This document shows positions 24,475-39,594 of a stretch of DNA of 64,000 bases, piece after piece (the stretch's first letter is position 1; each line of letters begins with the position of its first letter). The DNA is from Patellaria atrata CBS 101060. Its lineage: Eukaryota. The notes beneath the pieces are model-generated. The model was not told the DNA's origin and searched no databases. It worked only from the letters and a program-made list of their open reading frames with translations. Location of the stretch: NCBI GenBank assembly GCA_010093705.1, contig MU006089.1, forward strand, positions 1,661,561-1,725,560, given 5' to 3'. Position numbers and translations under genes: made by a program.

Positions 24475-26135
24475 TTATACTCCTCCACTATCACCCAGAA
24501 CGACATCTCCAATTCCAACGCCAACGCCCGAACTCGTCCCCAGTCCCAATCCGTCCATCCCACCAATCTCCACCTCGCCATCGAACCCGTTCGTCTCGTC
24601 CCCATCCTTCTGATACACATGGCTAAACACCTCAAAATTATCATCGACTAGCCACTGCAGGTCCTCGCTCTCAGGTCGTAGGGTTCTCGCCACGCCGTTC
24701 CCGGGCTTTGGGTAGTGCGCGGGGGGATCCGTGTCGTAGCCGTCGTATTCAGCTTCCGGATCGGGGGATGGATGATTTCCTACGGCGGGGTAGGAGTGCA
24801 CGGAAGTATCGGCAGTGGTTAAGTTCGCGGAGGTAGTAGCGGCGGCTGTGGCCTGGGTGTGTTCGGTAGTTGAGGTCGATGTTATGGTTGAGCCGGGGTT
24901 GGTGGTTGTAGCGGGGGGTGTGGGGATGGTGGAGGGAGCGGCTTGCGTGGAGTTATGGAAGTACGTGTGTGCGTTTTTGGCGAAAAGTGGGAGGGAAGGG
25001 TGGATTGTAGTGGCGCGGAGGAGAAGGGAGATTAAGGTGTCGGCGGGGAGGGATTGGAGGTAGGCTCGTTTCTCGTCTTCGGTCAGGTCGTCGCCGGGAA
25101 CCAGCCCTTCGAGGCCCTGCAGCGCGGTGTCCCGGTGTGCGCTGCAGCCGGTGCAGAACCATTCTTTCTCGGCGATGTCGACGACGTCTTTTTCGATGGG
25201 AGGGTTGTGGCAGTATTGGTGATAGGGGATATTGCAGCCGTCACAGAAGACGATCATGTTGGTCGAAGGGCTTGTGCCGCGTTGACATATCTTGCACACA
25301 CTTGTTAAGCCTGGTCTTTTATAATTGCGTTTCCGTTTTGGGCCGGTGGAGGGTGAGGGAAGTGTTGGAACGAACTGGGTCGGCTTCTGTATGTTGCGTC
25401 CGGATTTGGTCTGTGTGGGTAAAGGAGTATATGAATCTGAAATGTCCGACTCATTCTGCAAAACCATGTCATATTAATTGTGGACCAAGATATATGAGTC
25501 AAGATCCTTAGTCCTACCTCGCTCTCATCACTCTCCGATCTCTTCCTTTTCCCTCCCCTCCCACCACCCCGGCCCCTCCCACGACCTCGACCCCTGCCTC
25601 TCCCACTCCCTCTACCTGTTCTAGTAGCTGGACTTGCTCCAGAAACTGGTGTTGCAGGTACACTCTCCTGCTTCGCCAATCCACCACGTCCTCTACCGCC
25701 TCCTCTCAATCTCCCTCTTCCTGTCGTCGCGGGGGGCGGTGTTGGGATCTTGTCGCTTGTCACAATGCTCTTTAATACCTGTTCCCGCGCAGCTTCCCAA
25801 CCCGGAGTCCCAGCATGCGCCTGAGCATTTGCGCTCACTCTCTTCAAGATCTCCGTCGTAGAGGCCGACAATTGCGGGAAAGAAGGCCCAGACGAGCCAT
25901 TGGAGCTCGATGGAGTGGCGCTGAAGGTACTTTGCATCGAGGTGTACTTGTTCGGTGGGAGTGAAGTATTCGAAGCTTTTGCGGTATCGGACTGTAATGG
26001 GGTTGCTTGCGACTGCAACGGTGCAGTGGAGGTCGAGGACTGTGGAGGTTCTGGGGGCGGTGGGGGCGGTTGAAAGGACATGATGCCTTGATTCGATGCG
26101 CCAGCTTGGTACCAGTTATTTTGAGCTGTGCGCAT
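24475..26135 (-). CDS. PHD-finger chromatin protein with GRG (AT-hook-like) repeats, resembling S. pombe Phf1/Phf2
   Basis: C4HC3 PHD finger (CKIC...IVFCDGCNIPYHQYCHNPP...WFCTGC), GRGRGRG tract and KRKR NLS. Intron 25456-25517. Start is 26135 or 26081. Confidence 0.85.
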
Positions 26136-26452
26136 GGAGTTATGGTGATATTGGATATGTCTTTAAGGGTTTATAGAGCTCTCCTCTGGTGGTCGATGCT
26201 CCAAGTAGAGTGGTCTGTGCGTGCTTTATCGACTTCAAATGAATACATGCGGATCGGATGGACCTACGACCTCATCCGACAAAGTTCTATCACATACTTA
26301 TACTCCACAGAATTTCTAGTATTTCCTACAGAGGATATATATTCAGAAATTGACACTATAATTAAATCATATACTAACTTCAGACGAACAGAGAGACGCG
26401 TTAAAAGACTCGATCGTATCCTACAGCATTATCAGAGCAGAAAAACTACGTC

Positions 26453-28434
<1,982 letters not shown>

Positions 28435-29709
28435 TCAAACAAGCAAAACACAAACTCCGATATCTCAGCCTTTATATAGAAAACCAAAGTATAAACGGGA
28501 CACTCATCTTCAGGTGCTCTACTTTTACATCATACCCCCCATACCGCGCAATCGATACTCCAGTTTTATCACTTCAAGCTAGATATTAGGCGAGTTTGTA
28601 TTACCAACCCCTCTTCAAACTCAATCGCCCTCCTCGAGAACGTAAGGAGACGACATGCCTCCCTCTCTCGTACCAGGGATATGACACACACCCAGCAGCT
28701 AAGATTCCACAATATCCAATAGGCCCGATCTCGTGACGAAGATTGAACGTCTAGATCTATCTGACAAGAAACCTCGGACACTCGAGGGGTACTCATGCGG
28801 GGTCCAGTGCCACAAGAAGCGTACAGTGTACTCATGCCGTGAGACGATAAGTGAAGAATACTTGGATGGCGTGCGAATCGTGCCACTGAGTCGTATATGG
28901 TGATATCTGTACACCCCTCTTCCCCCCGCCATAGGAGCCCTCTCGTACCTCTCCATCAAAAAACCTAAACCTCGGATCTGGCGGGAGGTAGCAGTGCCGT
29001 TATGGCTGGTATCCTGCGGCTTCTGTACCCTTGGGGCTGCTGGTTGCTCTGGGGGTGTTGAAGATGTCTCTCTTCTGTACGGATGGGTATGACGTGTGAG
29101 GGAGGTTCATTGTAAGGCCGTGGGTTTGGCTGTACTAGAGAAGCGGAAGCGCGCTGGGGAGTAGGGGATAGGCATACCGGTAGCTTGTTCGTACAAGTCG
29201 AACGCAGCGTATATATTTTTTATTTCTGTACAGTAGAGCGCGTAATGGGCCGCATAGTACAGTACGAGGAAGGGCATGATGGAAGCAAGAGGAATACGTA
29301 GAGCTCGCGTACAGCACTGGTGGATGTCAGACGAGAAAGGGGTAGGTAGACAATGGGACGGATATACGTCGATATGGTATTTGATATCAGTGGCTAAATC
29401 GACTTTCAGAATTCAAAATTAAGTATCTGATATGGAGTCTTATTTCTCGCTTTTGGCGCAAGTAGTCACAGTGTCTCTGGGAAACAGGGAGGAGACATAC
29501 ACTCGTCCCTCAGTTCTGTGCTGGGAGTATAGCTGCTAGTAGATAAGACACCGCATGTACCAGATGACGGTGTACTCTATGCAGCGTCCAACGATAGATA
29601 CGGGATAAATATGATCCGTAATAGACGACATGAGTATATCTCTCGACGAGCACCTTCCGCACACACAGTGGGCACGCTCGTACAAATACCGACACCCCTT
29701 AAAAAGTAC

Positions 29710-30843
29710 TCACGAAATCATATGATGCCCACTATGGCTCTGGACCATCTGTATATGCCTCCTCAGCTCCTCGGCCTGCACGTACTCCTGATTCGTGCGA
29801 AACAGCCTATCATTCTCGCTTGAGAGGCGAGAATTTTCGTTCTGCAGCCGTTGGATTTCGGCTCTGAGGCGCTCGAGCTCCGCATTGGAGACAGCGGTAT
29901 TGCACTGGGCGAGGAGCTCTGGGTCGAGCGCGGACATTCCCCCTTCCGCAGCGGAAGAAGCAGTATCGGTGGTGGAGGAGTTGGCAGCGTTCTGTTTATT
30001 TTTCGCGCGGCTCGCGGCTCTCTTCTGCGCGTTCGCTCTGGCCCGCTCCTCCTTCGGTGTCTGCTGTCTCAGCCCGCCGCGTCTCGCCTGCGCCGTCTGA
30101 TTATAAATATCCCTCTTCGTGATGCGAACACCAGGACACTTCTCCTCCAGGATCTCGAGGAGCTTCTTCGCCTTCGTGCCCCTAGCGACCTCCTCGTCGA
30201 TAACCTCCTTGACGCGTCCGCTATCCCACGTGCTCTTGCGATGGACCGCGAAGGCGCCGACCTCCCTGCCCGGGTGATTGTGCCGGCTCTCCTTGACCGT
30301 GAGCCACCAGAGGCCGTCCTCCTCCCTTCGTCGTCCCTCGACCCACATGCGGCACCCGGTCTTGTGGCTCGTGCGGTTCTTGCGCACCCGTGTCTCCTCC
30401 GACAGCTTATGCGTGTTCTTCGGCTTGCCGTAGCACACGCACGCGACCTTGACCCGCTGCTGCGACTTCCACGTGTTGTTTATCGAGACGGCGTAGCCGT
30501 GCTCGGCGGCGTGGGTTTGGGCTGCCTCGACGAGCGTTTCGCGGCTGGGGTAGGCGCGTTGCGGGGGTGGGGGAAGGCTGTAGATTGGTTCGGATGGGTC
30601 GTAAGAGGATTCTTCCACGGGGTCGGCGGCGTCTGCATCTTGTGGTGTGTCTTGTTCTTGTTCTGGTTGCTGTGCTGGAGGGACGTCTTGGGGGATTTTC
30701 GGTAGCGGGGGTAGTTGGAGTTGGGGTGCTGGTGGCAATTGGGGGATTTGGAGAGTCGGGAAAGGAGGGTATCCGAGGTCAGGATCGAGGTTGTGGTGGG
30801 AGGATAGATTATGTTGCGGAGTAGGTATTGCTTCAACTGACAT
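29710..30843 (-). CDS. MULE-transposase-derived FAR1/WRKY-GCM1-like DNA-binding protein with C-terminal coiled coil
   Basis: Intronless 377-aa ORF with HAAEHGYAV, ACVCYG, SHKTGCRMWV, WWLTVKESRHNH and ITKRDIYN. No DDE domain follows; a heptad LERLRAEIQRLQNENSRLSSENDRL does. Confidence 0.75.
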   Translation of the reverse strand: MSVEAIPTPQHNLSSHHNLDPDLGYPPFPTLQIPQLPPAPQLQLPPLPKIPQDVPPAQQPEQEQDTPQDADAADPVEESSYDPSEPIYSLPPPPQRAYPSRETLVEAAQTHAAEHGYAVSINNTWKSQQRVKVACVCYGKPKNTHKLSEETRVRKNRTSHKTGCRMWVEGRRREEDGLWWLTVKESRHNHPGREVGAFAVHRKSTWDSGRVKEVIDEEVARGTKAKKLLEILEEKCPGVRITKRDIYNQTAQARRGGLRQQTPKEERARANAQKRAASRAKNKQNAANSSTTDTASSAAEGGMSALDPELLAQCNTAVSNAELERLRAEIQRLQNENSRLSSENDRLFRTNQEYVQAEELRRHIQMVQSHSGHHMIS

Positions 30844-31217
30844 TTTGATGATCGACGGATATGAATTATATGATGGATTCGGAGCGTTGACAGGAGTGTC
30901 GAGGTAGGTGTGTAGTAAAGGAACCGAAGGGAGGAGCGACTAGAACCAGAGCTTAAGGGGCCCGTGCGCGCCTGTAGATTCCCCCTTGTTCCCTCTCCCT
31001 ATTAATGGGCACCTCCCCTTAAACCGTACATTTCACAAATCGAGCAGACGGATCGCTATTAACAGGAAGCATAGCTTTAAATTCCTTGATTTAACTACAT
31101 ACATCCCAGTCGTCATATACATGGTCATTAACATTACGAATCCTTTTATATCCACCATGATAAGTACACGAGTCGCATAGGCCTCAATTCAAGTTCAGCA
31201 TGAAGACATTTTCAGTC

Positions 31218-32783
31218 TTAACCAGCCTGGTACAGACCCAAAGCAACGACATGAGGATTAATCATGCTTAAATTGAAAGGCGTGAGGTAAGGGTCGGAGT
31301 CAGTCAAAGCCACGAACATGGTGCCATTAACCGCTGGATCCCCCTCATAGACCTCATTGGGAGGTTGATAACTCCATCCACTGTCATTACCGGTTAATGT
31401 GAGTGGTGTGTATGTAAGATTCAACTGCGAAACCCAGGCTACGAATGCCGGAGCGCCTGCTTTGGTTTCGGTGATGTAGCTGTTGTTAGGGCCAACAGCC
31501 ATACCGGGAGCTTCCCATGTGAAACGGACTACTCTGCCGGGGAAAGAAAGTGGTTCAGTCTTATTACGAGTGATAGCCGGACCGCAGCTGTAGCCGGTAA
31601 CGTTAACGTGAACGCAGCTCTCCTCCTCGGGGATAGTCGAGTCGCTGGGGTCGGCAACACGGTTTCCAACAACCTCACCATCTGCAGTGTTGTTGGGCGA
31701 GAGGCGGTTAACATTTGGTTGGTTCACAATTTGAAGAGCTGGGAAATTCTGCCATGCCAGCCGAGTATTATTCGCGGGACAAGAACTGATGTACGGCGCC
31801 AAGTATGTCCAGGCCCAGGATTGGGGGATACCCGTCTCGAACCACTCCGGCATGGCGAAGACACCGGTCATCTGGCGGAATACGATCTGTTGACGAGACT
31901 CGACAGTAATTGACTGCGATAAAAGGTTGGCAACCTCCCGCGAGTCGAGATGAGCAAGAAAACCTAAAACACCAGATTCTCCCCACTTTGTCAACTTCTG
32001 GTTGAAGTCCACAAACTCCCGCACGGTCGTCCATGGATAGTTGTATGTGCATTGCTTCGGTGCGGTATGGCCGAGCATGTTAGATAGAAGAGTGGCGTGT
32101 CCAGATTCCTGGATGGCCATATACTCGATCAAGTGGCGATCTTCAGCGGTCAGACCTTCCCTCAAGAAATCCTCTTCGGAGAAGACAGCCAAGCCATTGA
32201 GGAAGAGATCAAGCTCGATCCATTCCTGGTAGAGACCAAGAGTAATTGACTCATAATCGAAGTCACTGTTGACCATATAACGAGGTTCAGTGCCATTAGT
32301 TCCAAGGCCACCTATAATAAGTTAGTAGGATACGAAGAATATTATTCATCCAGTTTGTTCTAGCTTACCTGCAGGAGTATATGGAGCCGGTGCCGGATGC
32401 AACAACGACCCATTAGGATTATAATAAGTATGAGTGGGATTCGGCGGCAGCGGCGCAATTGAGGCCGCAAGAGTTGCGGGAGCTTTCACGGCACCGGTTG
32501 TCGTAGGAGTACCCTCGTATGGTCCATGGCTGGTAGGTCCAGTCTGAATGGAAGCAACGCGCGTCGGCGCTGCCCCAGGCTCTGTTCCCTTTGGTGGGAG
32601 TGTGAAAATTGCGCTGATCTGAGAGACAGGTTCAGACGGGAACGATGTCGCGATTCCCTCCACTGAAGACTCAGTCCGAGAGATTGGCCAGTCAGCATCA
32701 GTGTAACCACTGACCTGAGGGGCCGGTAGAGCCTGAACCATAGCAATAATAGCCGCAGTGCTAAGAATGCTTTTGGCGTACAT
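31218..32783 (-). CDS. rds1: Rds1-like secreted stress-response protein with a ferritin-like domain
   Basis: Signal peptide MYAKSILSTAAIIAMVQA, SDFDYESITLGLYQEWIELDLF, QESGHATLL, WGESGVLGFL, MINPHVVALGLYQAG. Intron 32312-32368. Confidence 0.85.
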
Positions 32784-33565
32784 GTTTGCTCGAGGTGGGA
32801 GGGGGATCTAGGGAGGTAACTTGGGAACAGCTTCTCGTAGTGCGAGCTATTATATATATGCATTGGAAAGCACTCCGTGGACGAGAACACGACGTGACAA
32901 ATGAGCAAAGGTAGTTAGGTGCATGACATCTATGAGTGTAAACATTTTCTTGAGCTTGAAGCAGTTTTCAGAATGACTTCACCACTCGGCCAGGAAGGTA
33001 AGACCGGGTCCCTACCGAGAAGCTTCCGCAAGGTAACGGCATGTCGGGTTCTTTGCTAAGGTAAGGTATCCCTTAGGTCCAGATAGAATTATTGTATAAA
33101 ACTAGGGATCAAACAGAATTCTGCTAGCCCATGTTCATACCGTCTTGAAATGCCGCGGAACTCATCATACTCTCCGTTCGCGGTCAATTGATAATTCAAA
33201 GCTTCAATTGAGCTTCTAGACTGCTGAATACCGTGTCTCAATCGTTTGCGCTACCTAGGTCGCAATTGGTGATGTTGAGCTTCGAGACAAGCTGGAATCC
33301 GAGGAATTTCGTGATGACTACATCACATCGACATGTCAGCTTGAGCCGCTAGTGTCTTTTGCGCCACGATGCATATCTCCCGTCATCGATCGGACTCCCA
33401 TTAAGGGTATTATTCCCTTTCTCTTAAGCAAATTTAGCATGGGTATAGGAAATAAACTAGAAGAAACTCTCTTTATCCAATGTGCGTCTTTACCGAATAT
33501 GCAATAGTCCGATATTGTTTTCTCGTGGGCAGAAATAGGAAGAGCCTCCGTGAGCTGTCGTAAGC

Positions 33566-33588
33566 TTGTCAGTTGTCAGTTGTCAGTT
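33566..33588. repeat. (TTGTCAG)x3 short tandem repeat, intergenic
   Basis: Directly visible: ttgtcagttgtcagttgtcagtt. Confidence 0.8.
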
Positions 33589-34508
33589 ACTTCTATCAAG
33601 CGAGCTGCCAACCAGTAGTGCAAGAAAGACCTGAGGATCCCAGATCTAGTGTGCATCTACCGATTTGGATGACTTCCATATGCCGGATGTCTAGTCCTCT
33701 ACAACGGTACCTAGTACTGAGTTTTCCACCGTCCCTAACCACCCACTGACCTTGACAGTTCGCTCGCGGGATTATCTCCGTCCCTAGTGCTTGAAATCGT
33801 CATTCTTACGGGCTTTTCTTCGGTTTTAATCGCATCTGTTGCAGAGAACTTAAATGATCGTCTGCATGTGCAAAGACCTTCGCATACAGACACACGTGGC
33901 GACAGAAGAAGTATGGGTTAGTTGAAGAGGAGCTTGAAAGAAACTTCATGGTCATCCTTGCTCGGCTAGAACCTTAGTGTTTACTTAATCAAGATCCGCT
34001 GATGGATTATCTGATAAGATGATATAAAAGTATCCCTTCTATGCCTTCTATCAGCTCGCCCGAAGACGGGACGGCCCAGTGCACTAGTAATTCTGAACTT
34101 TCGAGTCTCGAGTAGATCTGTCCTTGTTGAATTCTATCAAATGAACAGTGACTGAAAATATACTGGACGATCCGACATTATAGAAGTTAGTACAGTGATT
34201 CCGCTTCTAACATGTAAAGAGCAACAGTACAGATACAAAGGACTGAACCAGGTAAATGAAGAGGACAAAAAAAACCCATGAAGAATCAACTAGGGCTCAA
34301 AAAGTGCGGGAGTCCCATTTATAAAATGCAAAGTTGCCCATTCTTCCCAATAAGTAACACCGAACGAAATTCCCGGTATGAGAACAAAACACCATAACAT
34401 CGACCACTGAAGTTCACAGACAATGTAAAATATGCTGAAAAAGTGCAAATTAAGGTAGTCTCTTTCTTGTGACCACTTCGCTCCGACCCGATCCATATTC
34501 TTAGCACA

Positions 34509-35292
34509 CTAGCAGCACTTCCCGCCAAGAGCTCCGCTACCACCTCCGTTCTGACCTTCGATGGGAATACCTTGCGATGGTGACTGGCTTGTCTGTGCGG
34601 TATCGATGATTCTCTTCTTGATGTCGGCTGCAAGGCTGTAAAACGCCTGTTCAACATTGATGTTGCTCTTCGCAGACACCTCTAAAAACGGGATGCCTAG
34701 TTCGTCCGCGAGTGCTTGCCCCTGCTCCGTCGAGACCGCGCGCTTCTCTTCCCAGTCACATTTGTTACCGATAAGGATCTTGTTTACGCCTTCAGTTGCG
34801 TGCTGTTCTACGTTGGAAAACCAGGTTCGGATATCTGGGTGCACAGAATTGGAGTTAGCATTATTGCTTCTTCATACTGTAGATACCAAGCCACAGGTGA
34901 AGTCCCGATGTAGGCGCCCATATAGAGAGACATACTATTAAAAGATCTCTCGTCCGTAACGTCATACACCAATAGTATGCCCATCGCCCCCCGGTAGTAA
35001 GCCGTCGTGATGGTCCTAAAGCGCTCCTGTCCCGCCGTATCCCATATCTGTAACTTAACTCTTTTGCCGTCTAGCTCGATAGTCCGGATCTTGAAGTCGA
35101 TACCGATAGTCGTAATGAAGGACGGTGTGAACGAGTCTTCGCTGAAGCGCAGCAGGCAACACGATTTGCCTACCCCCGAGTCCCCGATTAACAACAGTTT
35201 TATCTGCGAGGCGAAGTTAGGCTCACGGTGAGAGAGACATGAAGCAAGGAGGGAGTGCATACAAGGAAATCGTAATTCCGAGTCCCTGCCAT
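34509..35292 (-). CDS. SEC4: Rab GTPase Sec4/Rab8 (SrgA/Ypt2)
   Basis: [53 protein letters not shown] and C-terminal CC prenylation motif. Two introns. Confidence 0.96.
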
Positions 35293-35894
35293 GACTATGG
35301 AGTTCTATCTACGGCTTCGCTAGGAGTGTTTGGGGTTGTGACGGTGGGAACTTGGCCTGTGTCCGGTCTCACAGAGAGTGCAGATCGTGCTTCCAGAAGC
35401 CAGTTGGAGAGTGTAAGTTCTTCCCAGCGTCGATTCGCTATCTAAAATTGTTTTGGGTAAATTTAGTGGTCGTGGTTATGCGGCGGCGGTGTGAAATCTG
35501 AAAGAAGGAGCAAGCCTTCGTCATGGGGGTGAGGTTTGAGGTACGAGGGATGCACAACGGCCACTGCCAAGTCCAGGCGTCTGCGGAACACCTAGCTTTT
35601 CTAGATCATACATTGTAACGTATTGAATCGTGGTTGTGCTTGTTCAAAGGTACGTCAATAATGACACTTTATGTTGACTTGTTATAAAAGCAATAGGTAG
35701 TACACAGCTTAAGAACAAGATATCATATTTGTAGAGAATTAATAAATGAAATAGAGTCTTAACGTATATTATACAGAAAGCCAGAGAATATCATTAACCT
35801 GTATGCTCCTCTGTCTCCTATCGAGTCAATAAGTATTTTGTTCAAATCGGTTGACCTCTCAGCTTGTCAAGTGGACGTCGCCATAAAGTAGCAC

Positions 35895-36397
35895 TTAGTA
35901 GTCTCCTTCGCTGCAGTTGTAACTTAAAGCCCTGTCACCCCATCCAGCCCAGTCTTCCAAATCGTAAATCTCGTTTTCGCCGAATATGAGAAGAGATTGA
36001 CCTTTGCAACCCTTCTCACTGGAATGAAGTGTTAATAACTGGGGATATAGGGTTGGAACCTCTGATGTTGACGGAGAAATATAGGGAAAGGTATGGATGA
36101 TCAGATGACATTCCACTTACTCATAAAAGGTGCAATTTTAATATTTACCATCATTTCCTTTATAATCTGTCCACATGAAGCTTGATATGCACTTTTTGTT
36201 TTCGTAATTCGTAACCTTTTGGGGGGACTTGAAACACATGTTTGAGATCCCCTCTCTGGACCTTCATAACATAGTAGGCGAAGTTCTGTTCTTAGGCATG
36301 CCAGAAAATGGAAGGGTTTGAATTCTGGTTGAGATCCGAAACGAGCTCTCACAACGCCCAGGGGGAGTGGGAAGAATAAAAAGTATCTCGGCCGCAT
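35895..36397 (-). pseudogene. Disrupted small secreted Cys-containing protein with a beta/gamma-crystallin-like pattern
   Basis: Signal-like MRPRYFLFFPLPLGVVRA. Removing a GTAAGT(36120)..CCAG intron gives CISSFMWTDYKGNDGKY*NCTFYDEKGCKGQSLLIFGENEIYDLEDWAGWGDRALSYNCS. There is an in-frame TAA and at least one frameshift relative to the ATG. Confidence 0.6.
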
Positions 36398-36963
36398 TTA
36401 CGGTACGAGTGGTTGTAGACGTAACCGAAGGAAGTATTGGAGGTATAGCTAGATGTCACTAGCAGATAGTTCTAGAAGACGGAATTTGAGAACAGACTAA
36501 GAGGTAAAATTAGAGGATTTACCCAGTAAATGACCTGTAAGATGTAAGTATTGAGCTTTTCGAAAAGATAGAACAATGCGATAAAGAAGTAGTGGAGGTT
36601 TGGAAGGCAAGATTAAATTATAGCAATGAATGAGTGATGTCTCCCGATAACTGTCCACATTGAGCTTGTGTCGTGTACTTCCTATGTCATATATGACCAT
36701 GTACCTAGACCTGATAATAAAGCAGAGGACTCATCGGTGATAGTAATCTGATATGACAACATCTTATTTTCAGCGTACTATAACCACCGTGGTCACTTGC
36801 TAAAGCGAATAGACATAGTGCGTCTATCCGCATAGAAATGATTTAGGTGTTAGAAATGAGTCAAGACTTGATTCTGAGGGGTATCTATCTGCTTCTAAGA
36901 CCCAGTGTAGTCAGTATGCATACATGTTACATTAATACAAGTGGTATGGATTTGTAGTATCGA

Positions 36964-39250
36964 TCACGACATCCACTTCGAATAAGCCCAGTGTAGACGT
37001 TCTATGACTCTCTGTTGACGTTTTACGCCAGCTTTCACGTCAACGAGGTCTTCTAGTTCTTCTAAAAAGTCATGAAAGATTTGTCTGGGCATGACTTTGC
37101 TCGCATGTTGTCGTAATACGTGGACTTCGCAGAGTAGCAGCCCATGATCCTTATAGTACAGCTCACCAAAGTCAGTCGGTGTTGCAGCTGTGAGAATACG
37201 GTCAATATTCCTACTCGATATTAGCGCACGTTACCAACTGAAGAAATATTTTGTGGTCTCTACCGTAGAACTCTAATAAGCTCCCCCTTTCTTCTACCAC
37301 TTTTGAGCCCTTTGCGAGTGCTGAAGAGCCCCTTGATCCATCTTGATACGCCAATGCAAACGAGGACTCCCGGCGTCAACCCAATAAAACTATAGCAAAA
37401 TTAGCGTTTATAATATGGAAGGGAGAATAACATACCCGAAAAGTAACTCTTGACTACGGAGAATAGAGTCAATACCACTCATTGCTACTTCAACATCGAC
37501 CTTTGTCTTTTGAATTTGGATGAGTAGAGCTCGGATAAGATTTCCTCTGACTGCACCCATGAATGGTTTGGCGAGGTCTTTCTCGTATGCCTTCAGTACT
37601 GGTGTCAGGTCGCCTTCCCGAACTTTTGCTCTGACATCTGCCAGCTCGCTTTCGGTCACAGTACCGTTCTCTGGATTTGTAACGGCGAAATCAACAACCA
37701 TCCGTTCTAAGCTTGCTCGATCTCCTTCCAAACTTTTCTTGCTCATGATGGATACTTCACTGCCTTCATCATGGCGAATTGTACCGATGACCTTTTTAGT
37801 CGGCTCAACCACCCAATTGGCCCAGAAATCTAAGACAGTGTTGCCAAATTCTCGGATCCAAATAAGAACCTCTTCTTTTCGATTCATGGCGATGCGTAAT
37901 AACGTGCTTGAAGATATCTGGGGCATATCAACGTCAGTAAACGATATAAGGTAACATTGCCAAATAATGAGTTATAGGAATCCATCAAATTTTGATGAAA
38001 AGTAGGAATTAACGTCACCGAGAGTCACGCCGGTATACTTACTACTAATGCTGCTACCGGTAACCAATAACGCACGATACGCGAGGGTCGACCATGTTCG
38101 GCAACGAGGTTTTGTAATGAAAGAGTATATTCCGGAAGGTGCGTTTCTAGAATAGCCTGCAATCGTTCTGATACAGCAGATGGTTTAAGGGCAGAGGCTG
38201 AAGCTTCTCCATCTAAGTCTTGAACGCTATAAAAGGGGTCATTATTTGTCGAAGTTGCAATCGCTTCGTCGAAGGTGTCTACGGCTACATCTAAGATTAA
38301 AGCATTCTGGAGGACAGCTTCCATGAGCGCGATGCTCTTCGCTACAGTGTTCTTCCATTTCTGGCTGGATTCTAATGCCGAGGCTTCGTCGGATGGAGTG
38401 CTGGTACCGTCATCCTCAGCAGTATCAGGGATTAAACCTTCTCCAAGAAGAAGTCCTAACGCGTTGGCGTTGACTTGGCGTATCTTCTTTAACGTCGATT
38501 GCTTTTTCCTTGCTTCGTTCGTGACTCTCGAAAGTGGTGATACGACTTGCCGTCGAACATCAGATAGAGATCGCTCACGTACGACTTCTTTTACGAGTTT
38601 ATAAAAGTGATCCCAACCCTGAGCTAGAGCACCACCTCTTTCCCGAACATCTTTGTACACGCCTTGAGACCATGACCAGAAACGCCAAGGAGATGTTTGT
38701 ATGGAGTAAAGGCCGGCATATCTGTAGGATCCAAGCACATCATCCCAGTACCATATATCATCACTAAGTGGTATCGTCTGTTCAAGAATCGTATTAAGCA
38801 CTTGGCCGTAGGTCTGGACTGTAGCTTTGCTCAAGAGTAACCATTCGAGTTCGTGCTCGTATGAGGCGCCGCCAGTGGATTCGATGTCTATCTTTCCTCT
38901 ATCATGACTTGACGTTTCGCAAGTATTACAAGTTTCGGATAGGCGCGCTTGATGCAGGATGGAGTGGATGATTCGTGGGTGTGCAAGGGGGATTTTCGGA
39001 GTGGATGTTGTTGACAGAGCCTTAATGAAAGCATGTAATTGGCTAATACGAGATCCTACTCCTATGTGATGGCCATTACCATCTGAGGTCGAGGTCTGTA
39101 GCGGTTCCGCAATTGAAGGTATAACAGACAGCTGGAGCCGATCTAGCTGTCCGTCGATACGGCGAACTTGGCTGTTGACAACGTCTGGTTAGCGTTTCGA
39201 AGAAGTCAAAACGAACGAACGACATAAACTTACTCGACAACGAATGACAT
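36964..39250 (-). CDS. NCA2: Nuclear control of ATPase protein 2
   Basis: YEHELEWLLLSKATVQTYG, HGRPSRIVRYWLP, TIRHDEGSE, SLERMVVDF, LLIQIQKTKVDVEVAMSGID, SQELLFG. Four introns; ends WAYSKWMS. Confidence 0.92.
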
Positions 39251-39594
39251 GCCTATCGCCGAGAGAGTAATAAGAGATTGGCCATGGAACCCCTACGCAT
39301 ACTTGGGGAGCATACTAAAGTTGGAATTGCAGGACGTTTGGATACAGTAACGAAAAGGTAGGTATAGAAACACACTGCCAAGGCAGTTTGATGTGCGGTG
39401 CGTCATCCGGGACTTTGGAACACAGCTTCCCTGTGCAGATCAATGTCCTACTAGGCAACTCTGTCAACTCCTTCTCACCATCAACTTTCCTTCTCTCATT
39501 ATTACAGATAGCTCGAACTAAGCTGGAACTCCCGGGAACTTTTGCAAAAGTATAAACCCATATTTACGTTTTGTAGTACGATTGTTAGCAGAGC

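Noticed and set aside
29851..30705. 284-aa antisense ORF over the FAR1-like gene
   Set aside because: Expected from high GC3 codon bias on the opposite strand; no domain features.
33311..33345. GTGATGA C-box-like motif (possible snoRNA)
   Set aside because: No well-placed D box or terminal stem seen.
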